DNA of 18,728 bases from Octopus sinensis (Eukaryota): assembly GCF_006345805.1 (NCBI RefSeq), contig NW_021824416.1, positions 1 through 18,728 on the forward strand, read 5' to 3'. Made by a program: the position numbers and the translations under genes. This document shows, piece by piece, positions 9,443-18,728 of the stretch. Positions within the stretch are counted from its first letter, which is position 1, and every line of letters starts with the position of its first letter. A model generated the notes under the pieces. That model did not search any database, was not told the DNA's origin, and saw nothing but the letters and a program-made list of their open reading frames with translations.

Positions 9443-10050
9443 CGATATAATCGACTTAATCTGTCCTTGTTTGTCCTCTCTTTGTTTAGCCCCTTGTGGG
9501 TAGTAAAGAAATAAGTATTTTGCCTGCCGTTACGTTCTGAGTTCAAATTCCGCCGAGGTCGACTTTGCCTTTCATCCTTTCGGGGTCGATAAATTAAGTA
9601 CCAGTTACGCACTGGGGTCGATATAATCGACTTAATTCGTTTGTCTGTCCTTGTTTGTCCTCTCTGTGTTTAGCCCCTTGTCTGTAGTACAGAAATAGGT
9701 ATTTCGTCTGCCGCTACGTTCTGAGTTCAAATTCCGCAAGGTCGACTTTGCGTTTCATTCTTTCGGGGTCGATAATTTACATACCAGTAGCATACTGGGG
9801 TCGATATAATCGACTTAATCCGTTTGTCTGTCCTTGTTTGTCCTCTCTTTGTTTAGCCCTTTGTGGGTAGTAAAGAAATAGGTATTTCGCCCGTCGCTAG
9901 GTTCTGAGTTCAAATTCCACCGAAGTCGACTTTACATTTTCATCCTTTTGCAGTTGTTAAAATAAGTACCAGGTGAACACCGCGATCGATATAATCGATT
10001 TGACCTCTCACACCTGAAATTGCTGACGTTGTGCGAAAATTTAAAACCTT
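9443..10050 (+). repeat. Tandem array of 5'-truncated SINE family B, about 184-bp period (about 3.3 units)
   Basis: cgatataatcga recurs at 9443, 9619, 9802 and 9987; the last unit has the alternative short tail. Confidence 0.92.
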
Positions 10051-10071
10051 TATTATCAATTAACATCGCAG

Positions 10072-10282
10072 AAGGTGGCTGGCAAACAGAATCGTTATCA
10101 CGCCGGGCAAAATGAATGCTTAGCGGCATTTCACGCCATCTTAGATCGAATTCCGCCGAGGTCGACTTTGCTTTTCATCCTACCGGGTCGATAAAATAAA
10201 GTATTCGTGAAGAACTGCAGTCGATGTAAGCAATTTAATTACCTCCGTGCAAGTTGCTGGCATTGTGCCAAAATTAGGAAAA
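10072..10282 (+). mobile_element. SINE family B copy
   Basis: cagaatcgttatcacgccgggcaaaatg...ttccgccgaggtcgactttgcttttcatcc...gctggcattgtgccaaaatt. Confidence 0.85.
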
Positions 10283-10427
10283 AAAAGCTACTACTACTAC
10301 TACTACTACTAGTTGTTGTAGATGTCGCTTCGTCGTCGTCGTCGTCGTCGTAGTAGAAGTCAAGATATTTTCTTTTAAATCCCTGTTCGTCATCTTCGCC
10401 TGCAGTTTAGAGCGTCCACCGTTTACG

Positions 10428-10500
10428 TAGCAATACGTCTCGGGAAAGAGACGCGAATCGTATCTCTATCTTCATACATACATCATACATACATACATAC

Positions 10501-10569
<69 letters not shown>

Positions 10570-10622
10570 GTATGTATGAAGATAGAGATACGATTCGCGT
10601 CTTTTCCTGAGACGTATTGCTA
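10428..10622. mobile_element. 195-bp fold-back element: 45-bp unique inverted arms plus (CATA)n-(TA)n-(TATG)n core; MITE-like, TA at both ends
   Basis: 10428-10472 vs the reverse complement of 10579-10622 differ by one substitution and one indel. Confidence 0.75.
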
Positions 10623-10849
10623 TATATATATATATGTGCATATATATATATATACATAAAGTATTTTCTTTCTTTTTTTTTTCTTTTGTAATTCTCCACC
10701 ACCGAGTGTCTTGTCACCCTTGGATTACATCCCATTTTTCTCACCCACTTCACTCGCATTGTTTTCTTTTCTTGGCGAATTTCTCTCCTCTTCCTAATTT
10801 TTAACCTCTGAATTTACCGTCGCTTGCACGCACCCACAGCATACACACA

Positions 10850-11043
10850 AATACATACATACATACATACACACATACATACATACATACATACATACAT
10901 ACATACATGCATACATACATACATACATACGCACATACATACATCCATACATACATACATACATACATACATACATACGCACATACATACATACATACAT
11001 GCATACATACATACATACATACATACGCACATACATACATACA

Positions 11044-11077
<34 letters not shown>

Positions 11078-11207
11078 CATACATACATACATGCATACAT
11101 ACATACGCACATGCATACATGCATACATACATACATACATACATACATACATACATACATACATGCATACATACATGCATACATACATACATGCATACAT
11201 ACATACA

Positions 11208-11241
<34 letters not shown>

Positions 11242-11263
11242 CATACATGCATACATACATACA

Positions 11264-11297
<34 letters not shown>

Positions 11298-11310
11298 CAT
11301 ACATGCATAC
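10850..11310. repeat. (CATA)n tetranucleotide array, about 460 bp, with CATG/CGCA variants
   Basis: Directly visible. Confidence 0.97.
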
Positions 11311-11479
11311 ACACTCATGCACATACGCAGACATAGAGACATCGTTACATACGTAGAGCAACACAAACGCGTACAAATGTATACTTGTATACGTATATTG
11401 TTATATACACACATCTGTCTAAATATCTTCGCGTGTGTGGATATTCCTGTACAGACAGACACACGCGCTCACGCATGCA

Positions 11480-12116
11480 ACTATACACACACACACACAC
11501 ACACTATACATTATACATACATACATACATACACAATACAATGCCCTATTTTTCTCCATTTTCTTTGTTATACGCTCATTATATACACGTTTATTTTTAC
11601 ATGTGTTTATGTATGCACACACACACACACACACATACACACACACACACACACATATAATACGTCTGTCTGTCTTTCAATATATATATATAATGTACAC
11701 ACACATATACTTATATGTATGTATATATGTATGTATGTGTGTTTGTATGCGTGTGTGTCTGTATATGTATATGTGTATGTGTATGTATTTCTGTGTGTAT
11801 GCATGTATGTGTGTGTATGTATGTATATATGTATGTGTGTATGTGTGTATGTATGTGTATATATGTATGAATGTATATATGTATGTGTGTATGTATGCGT
11901 GTGTGTCTGTATTTGTATATATGTATGTGTATGTATGTCTGTGTGCATGTATGTATGTATTTAGGTATGTGTGTAAGTATGTGTGTGTATGTATGTATGT
12001 GTGTGTAAGTGTGTATGTGTGTATGTATGTATGTATCTATGTATATATGTATGCTTGCACACGTATGAATATACGTATACATACACATACATTCACGCAC
12101 ACAGAAGTATATAACA

Positions 12117-12148
<32 letters not shown>

Positions 12149-12270
12149 GCACAATGCACAAATATATGTGTGTATATCTATACTTAAATATGTATGTATG
12201 TATGTATGTATGAGTGTGTCTACACAGACGCACACACACACACACGCACACATACACACACACATGTTTA
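11480..12270. repeat. Compound (CA)n, (TATG/TG)n, (TA)n microsatellites
   Basis: Directly visible. Confidence 0.95.
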
Positions 12271-12375
12271 CACGCACACAGGCACCCAGAAATGCATGTC
12301 AGTGTGCATGTGTGTTGTACAAAATTCGTGCCCCTCCCAGTTCTCAATTCTCCATAGTCCATGTCTTGTCTTAAT

Positions 12376-13325
12376 TCTCTCTCTCTCTCTCTCTCTCCCT
12401 CTCCATATCACCACCACCACCACCACCACCACCACCACCACCATTCGACGCCACCACCACCACGAACAGCGCCGCCGCCGCCGCCGCCGCCGCTTCGTCA
12501 ACCAATATCTGTAATTATTCTACGGTAATTATTACTATTGCTACACACCACCTCTTCAAAAGTCGGTTGATCCTACTATTACTACTACCACTACTACTAC
12601 CGCTGCAACCACAACCACAGCCACAACAACCACAAAACAAAGTTAGTCTCTCCACAACCGTTACTGCTGCTGCTGCTACTACTACTACTACACTACTACT
12701 ACAACTACTACTACTGCTGCTGCTACTACTACCACCATCGCCGCCACCATCACCACCATCATCACCACCACCACCACCACCATCATCATCATCACTACCA
12801 CCGCCACCACCGCCACTCCTCCTTCTCATACTACTACTACTACTACTACTACTGCTACTACTGTCACATTGAACATCCGTATGTCATTGCTGCAATTAAA
12901 ACAACCAGCGCCATTACTACAACCGTGGCTACTACTTCCACCATAACCACAAAAGCAACTACCACCAATACAACATGCCAACACACCAAACATTTATACC
13001 ACAATACGAAGATGGCTTCACAAATACCACAACCATCACCACTACCACTACCACTACCACCATCATTATTACCACTACTACCACTACTACCATGCAACAC
13101 CACCACCACCAATGTCGTCATCATACCACTGCCACAACTACCACCGCCACCACCATCACCATCACCACCACCACCGCCACTATTGCAATTACTACCATCA
13201 TCATGGTCACCACCACCGTGTCATTGTCATCATGCTTACTAGTACCGCTACCACCACCACAACCACCACCAACAACAACCACATCAGCAACAACAACCAC
13301 CCACAATATAACCACCACCACCACC
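12376..13325. repeat. Low-complexity tract: (CT)n, (CAC)n, (GCC)n, (CTA)n, (CTG)n
   Basis: Directly visible; C/A-rich plus strand. Confidence 0.9.
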
Positions 13326-13975
13326 GATGTCATTGTCATCATACTTACCACTACCGTTACCATCACCACCACCACCACCATCGCCACTACTACAACCACC
13401 ACCACCGATGTCATTGTCATCATACTTACCACTATCGTTACCATCACCACCACCACCACCATCGCCACTACTACAACCACCACCACCGATGTCATTGTCA
13501 TCATACTTACCCCTACCACTACCACCACCACCAACAACAACAACAACCATCCACAATATCATGACCACCACCACCGATGCCATTGTCATCATACTTACCA
13601 CTACCACTACCACCACCACCAACAACAACAACAACCATCCACAATATCATGACCACCACCACCGATGCCATTGTCATCATACTTACCACTACCACTACCA
13701 CTACCACCACCAACAACAACAACAACCATCCACAATATCATGACCACCACCACCGATGCCATTGTCATCATACTTACCACTACCACTACCACCACCACCA
13801 ACAACAACAACAACCATCCACAATATCATGACCACCACCACCGATGCCATTGTCATCATACTTACCACTACCACTACCACCACCACCAACAACAACAACA
13901 ACCATCCACAATATCATGACCACCACCACCGATGCCATTGTCATCATACTTACCACTACCACCACCACCACCAAC
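13326..13975. repeat. Minisatellite of 8 units (periods 81, 81, 88, 88, 91, 88, 88 bp)
   Basis: Anchor cattgtcatcatacttacc; atacttacc starts at 13341, 13422, 13503, 13591, 13679, 13770, 13858 and 13946. Confidence 0.95.
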
Positions 13976-14329
13976 AACAGCAACAACAGCATCAACAACA
14001 ACAACCACCCACCACCACAACTACACACACAGCAGCACCACTACTACACCTATTACCTACTACCATCGCCACAGCCACCACCACCATCATTACCATTGCT
14101 AATGCTACTGCTGCAACTGCAATCTCCACTGCAACTTGAACGGTAAGAGGTAACAGTGTGAAATTGCCCCAACAGCAGTTGAGTCCCACCCCGTTCGAGT
14201 GGTTGGTAGAGCAGAAAGTCTCACAGACCCCCGGGGGCTTAGGTTTAGTTTAACACCAACAACATATGAAACCAGACAAAACCGGAAATACCACCAATCC
14301 CCCCCCACCCGACCAGCTCATATTCGTTA

Positions 14330-14576
14330 CAACTACAACAATAATGATGGCGACGACGACAATGATGATGACGATGATGATGTCGATGAAGAGGAGGGGG
14401 ATGATGACGACGATGATGATGGTGATGATGATCATGATGATGCTGAGGATAATGATGATGACGATGAGGATGATAATGATTATAATGATGATGATGATGA
14501 CGAACATGAAGATGATGATGACGATGATAAAGATGATGACGATGATGATGATGATGACGATGATAAAGATGATGAC

Positions 14577-14622
<46 letters not shown>

Positions 14623-14729
14623 GCGATGATGATGATGACGATGATGATGGCGATGATGATCATGATGATGCTAAGGATAATGATGATGACAATTATGATA
14701 ATGATGTTGATGGTAAAGATGATTCTGAT
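14330..14729. repeat. Imperfect (GAT)n trinucleotide repeat, about 400 bp
   Basis: GAT/GAC/AAT triplets; about 60-bp internal duplication (near 14400-14462 and 14631-14690). Confidence 0.93.
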
Positions 14730-15578
14730 AACGTAACGGCAGACGAAATACGGCTACGCATTTCGCCCGGCGTGCTAACGGTTCTTATTTCTTTACTACC
14801 CACAAGGGGCTACACACAGAAGGGACAAACTGGGACAGACAAAACGGATTAAGTCGATTACATCGACGCCAGTGCGTATCTGGTACTTATTTAATCGACC
14901 CTGAAAGGATGAAAGGCAAAGTCGACCTCGCCGGAATTTGAATTCAGAACGTAAAGACAGACGAAATACCTATTTCTTTACTACTCACAAGGGCCTAAAC
15001 ACAGAGGGGACAAACAAGGACAGACAAACGATTAAGTCGATTACATCGACCCCAGTGCGTAACTGGTACTTATTTTATCGACCCCGAAAGGATGAAAGGC
15101 AAAGTCGACCTCGGCGGAATTGAAGGTAGCGGCGGACGAAATACCTATTTCTTTACTACCCACAAGGGGCTAAACACAGAGAGGACAAACAAGGGTAGAC
15201 GAACGGAATTTGAATTTAGAACGTAACGGCAGACGAAATACCTATTTCTTTACTACCCACAAGGGGCTAAACGCAGAGAGGACAAACAAGGGTAGACGAA
15301 CGGAATTTGAATTTAGAACGTAACGGCAGACGAAATACCTATTTCTTTACTACCCACAAGGGGCTAAACGCAGAGAGGACAAACAAGGGTAGACGAACGG
15401 AATTTGAATTTAGAACGTAACGGCAGACGAAATACCTATTTCTTTACTACCCACAAGGGGCTAAACGCAGAGAGGACAAACAAGGGTAGACGAACGGAAT
15501 TTGAATTTAGAACGTAACGGCAGACGAAATACGGCTACGCATTTCGCCCGGCTAAAGTTTCTGCCAGCTCGCCGCCTT
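14730..15578 (-). mobile_element. Concatemer of SINE family B: head, four 97-bp deletion units, two ~175-185-bp units and a further head fragment
   Basis: Reverse complement of the 9443-10050 units; head at 15533-15578 (minus: aaggcggcgagctggcagaa). Confidence 0.92.
15146..15532 (-). repeat. Four near-identical 97-bp tandem repeats
   Basis: tatttctttactacccac starts at 15146, 15243, 15340 and 15437; I see one internal variant site (aaacacag vs aaacgcag). Confidence 0.97.
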
Positions 15579-15683
15579 ATTTATAATTAAATATTATTTG
15601 GCATGCTCATATTTTTTGTCAGTTAACCACACTCTGTATGTACTTGGGCTTCATTGCAGCTTTATCATTATTACAATTATTCT

Positions 15684-15900
15684 AAAGCCGGCAGAATTGT
15701 TAGTACGCTGGGCGAAGTGCTTAGCGGTATTTGACCCGTCCCCACGTTCTGTGTTCAAATTCCGCCGAGGTCGACTTTACCTTTAATCCTTTCGGGGTCG
15801 ATAAAATAATTAACAGTTGCGCACTGGGGTCGATGTCATCAACTCGTCTCCTTACCCCAAAATGGCGACCCTTGTGGAAAAATTTGAAACCATTATTATT
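15684..15900 (+). mobile_element. SINE family B copy with (ATT)n tail
   Basis: ggcagaattgttagtacgctgggcgaagtgcttagcggtattt...ttcaaattccgccgaggtcgac...aaatttgaaaccattattatt. Confidence 0.9.
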
Positions 15901-16279
15901 AAGGTGGCGAGCTGGCAGAATCGTTAGCATGCCGGGTGGAAATACTTTCGTCTGCGGAATTTCGTCTGTCTACACGTTCTGAATTCAAATTCCACCGAGG
16001 TCGACTTTGCCATTCATATTTTGGGGTCGATAAAATTAATACCAGTTTCGCACTGGGGTCGATGTAATCGATTCGCCCTTTCTCCCTAAAATTTCAGGAC
16101 TTGTGCATTCAAATTCCACCGTTGTGAATTCAAATTCCACCGAGGTCGACTTTGCCATTCATATTTTGGGGACGATAAAATTAATACCAGTTTCGGACTG
16201 GGGTCGATGTAATCGATTCGCCCTTTCTCCCTAAAATTTCAGGACTTGTGCATAGAGTAGAAAGTTATTATTATTATTA
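15901..16279 (+). mobile_element. SINE family B copy with 129-bp internal duplication
   Basis: Head aaggtggcgagctggcagaatcgttagc; 15980-16108 is repeated at 16125-16253. Confidence 0.9.
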
Positions 16280-16291
16280 CAGTTATTTTAT

Positions 16292-16521
16292 AGGCGGCGG
16301 GTTGGCAGAATCGTTAGCACGCCGGGCAAAATGCTTAACGGCGTTTCGTCTGTCTTTGTGTTCTGAGTTCAAATTCTATCGAGGTCAACCTTGCATTTCC
16401 TTCTTTAGGGATCGATAAAATAAGTACTAGGTGTGTATTGGGGTCGATGTAATCGATTAGCCCCTTCCCTACCACAAATTTCAGCATTGTGCCTTTGTAG
16501 AAAGGACTATTATTATTATTT
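16292..16521 (+). mobile_element. SINE family B copy with (ATT)n tail
   Basis: aggcggcgggttggcagaatcgttagcacgccgggcaaaatgc...gagttcaaattc (B-box)...gtagaaaggactattattatt. Confidence 0.9.
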
Positions 16522-16624
16522 AAGTGTCCTTGGACGGAAATCTTTCGTCACACATCATGTGTCTACTCCCGTTAGAAATTGTAATAACAAAAATGTAAAA
16601 AATATTTTATGCTGTATAGAAATA

Positions 16625-17032
16625 TCTTTATATATAAAAGTCAAGTTGTGTGTCTGTCTCCTACGATTTAGATTCCTAACTACTCCCACATTTTGCGGTG
16701 CAGTTTAACCAAAACCGGGTATCTTATAGTCGTGATTCATATCGAGCCCTTCTGGGTATTAGCGCGCGTCTACGATGAGTCTACGATGAGTCTACGATTT
16801 GAAAAAAATTTACCATAATTTTTTTCCATTTTAATGCACTTTTTTCGCTATTATATAAGGGAAGTAACTCTCTAAAAATGTCTACGATGAGTCAACGATT
16901 TAAAAAAAATTACCATAATTTTATTTCCATTTTTAATGCATTTTTTTTGCTATTTTTTGGCTATAACTCTCTAAAAACGCTTATATAGTTATTTCCCTTA
17001 CAAACCCGAGCAACGCCGGGCGATACTGCTAG
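16625..17032 (+). mobile_element. Complete non-autonomous Helitron (408 bp)
   Basis: 5' A|TCtttatatataaaag; subterminal hairpin cccgagcaacgccggg (17005-17020), 8 nt, then CTAG|T. Inserted between A and T with no TSD: all canonical Helitron hallmarks. Confidence 0.88.
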
Positions 17033-17056
17033 TAAACAATAAAAATTTATATGAAA

Positions 17057-17478
17057 GCGCAGAAGTGGCTGTGAGGTAAGTAGCTTGCTCACCAACAAGA
17101 TGGTTCTGGGTTCAGTCCCACTGCGTGGCACCTTCGGCAAGTGTCTTCTACTATAGCCTCGGGCCGACCAAAGCCTTGTGAGTGGATTTGGTAGACGGAA
17201 ACTGAAAGAAGCCCATCGTGTATATGTATATATCCATATATGTACGTGTGTGTATATGTTTGTGTGTCTGTGTTTGTCCTCCCAACATCGCTTGACAACC
17301 GATGCTGGTGTGTTTTTACGTTCCCGTAACTTAGCGGTTCGGCAAAAGATTCGGATAGAATTAGTACTAGGCTTCCAAACAATAAGTCCTGGGGTCGATT
17401 TGCTCGACTAAAGGCGGTGCTCCGGCATGGCTGCAGTCAAATGACTGAAACAAGTAAAAGAGAATAAAGAGAATAAAG
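17057..17478 (+). mobile_element. Full-length tRNA-derived SINE family A (CORE-like; probably one of the octopus OR-type SINEs)
   Basis: A-box tggctgtgagg, B-box gggttcagtccc, CORE-like ccttcggcaagtgtcttctactatagcctc, internal TA/TG microsatellite, (AGAATAAAG)-like tail; four other partial copies in the window. Confidence 0.9.
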
Positions 17479-17929
17479 TGTAACACCCAGAGGTCATATG
17501 AACGCAGGAGGCCTCGGTTGAGGACCGCTGACCTCGAGCATGTCTTGCACAACAATACTACTGAGAAAAAATCATGGCTGTAGTGTCTTCGATCATACGT
17601 GTGCAAGATCAAAGCCGAACTGGAGTGGAAGGAAAATAAACAATGTAGATTTTAACACAACTGAGCATATCACACTTAAACATCTTGTCCAAGATGCTAC
17701 GGGGGAAATAAATTCAAAATTACAAATATGTTCAATTAATCTTGCATAAAGATCATTAATATATATTTTAATTATCATTTGTAGTTGAATTCTTTTATTT
17801 TAATTTTTGGTATTAATTTTAATTACGGTTTTGTATTTTTTTTTTTCAATCGACGTTTTTGTTTCGGGAAGTAATATTTTCATTTTGTTTTGAAATTATA
17901 CATTTGTTTAATATTACATACATGATTTT

Positions 17930-18051
17930 TTCATATATATATATATATGAGTGTATATGCCTGTATGTAATATTATATGTGTATTTATATAGATATATAT
18001 ATAGATATATATATATTATATATATAATATAATATATATATATATATATTA

Positions 18052-18096
<45 letters not shown>

Positions 18097-18728
18097 CATC
18101 AATATGTATACATGTACATGTATACATATATATATGTATACATATACATGTATACAACATATATGTATATATATATATACTACACATTCTCTAACGCAAA
18201 TATGTATGTATACACATGTACAGATGTGTATATAAATGCACATGTATGTATATGTTGTGTGTGTTTATTTTATTCTTTAGTTTTTATTCAGGTAAAGTTT
18301 AATTTAATTACAAAATTAATTGTTGTGGAATTTGGGTTGAAATTCCTCATTTGAATCGCACACACATTCCACACGTATGTAGATTACACAACAAATTTGT
18401 ATACACACACACATTTAGACATGAACGTATACGAACAAATGTGTAATATATGCATTACATTATTATGCTTAATTTTTATGCATAAACGTGTATTTCTATG
18501 TATGTATTGTATGTATGTATGTATGTATGTATGTATGTATGTATGTATGCACACATATACAGTAGTGCATTATATAAGAATCAATATACACAAAATGGTA
18601 CAGAAGCAAAAGTTCTAACACACAAACATGCAAAAATATAGTCGAAACGCACACACACACATATATATATCTATATATACGTCTATATAGATTAATAACC
18701 TATATATGTATACATATATATATGTATA
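17930..18728. repeat. (TA)n, (TATG)n, (CA)n microsatellite field
   Basis: Directly visible. Confidence 0.93.

Noticed and set aside
12975-14146. Mucin-like Thr-rich or His-rich protein
   Set aside because: The 88- and 91-bp repeat periods shift frame at each unit, incompatible with a coding repeat.
14199-14852. Asp-rich acidic (Aspein-like biomineralisation) protein, 217 aa
   Set aside because: Non-ATG start, no signal peptide, C-terminus runs into an antisense SINE; explained by a (GAT)n repeat. Only transcript evidence would revive it.
17490-17536. gaggtca...tgacctc inverted pair and a hAT-like end (ggttgaggaccgctg)
   Set aside because: Too short to distinguish from chance; no matching partner terminus or TSD nearby.

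Overview
Non-coding, repeat-dominated eukaryotic DNA, most likely an intron or intergenic region of an octopus (coleoid cephalopod) genome. The organism call is recall of the SINE families plus the extreme microsatellite density, not a database match. No protein-coding gene can be supported: essentially all listed ORFs are artefacts of simple repeats or SINEs. The window holds about 15 copies or fragments of three to four tRNA-derived SINE families, two oppositely oriented SINE concatemer arrays sharing the same junction, and one complete 408-bp non-autonomous Helitron. It also has three inverted-repeat (MITE-like) elements, one being a near-perfect 195-bp microsatellite-filled hairpin, a 1.8-kb CT-rich minisatellite whose conserved core is a chain of STAT/NF-kB/HSE-like palindromes, and an 81-91-bp minisatellite with eight perfect 5' splice-site (U1-complementary) motifs. 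Two weak candidate small exons were seen. I see no clear evidence of a new multi-gene system; the interesting signals are repeat architectures whose function is inference.
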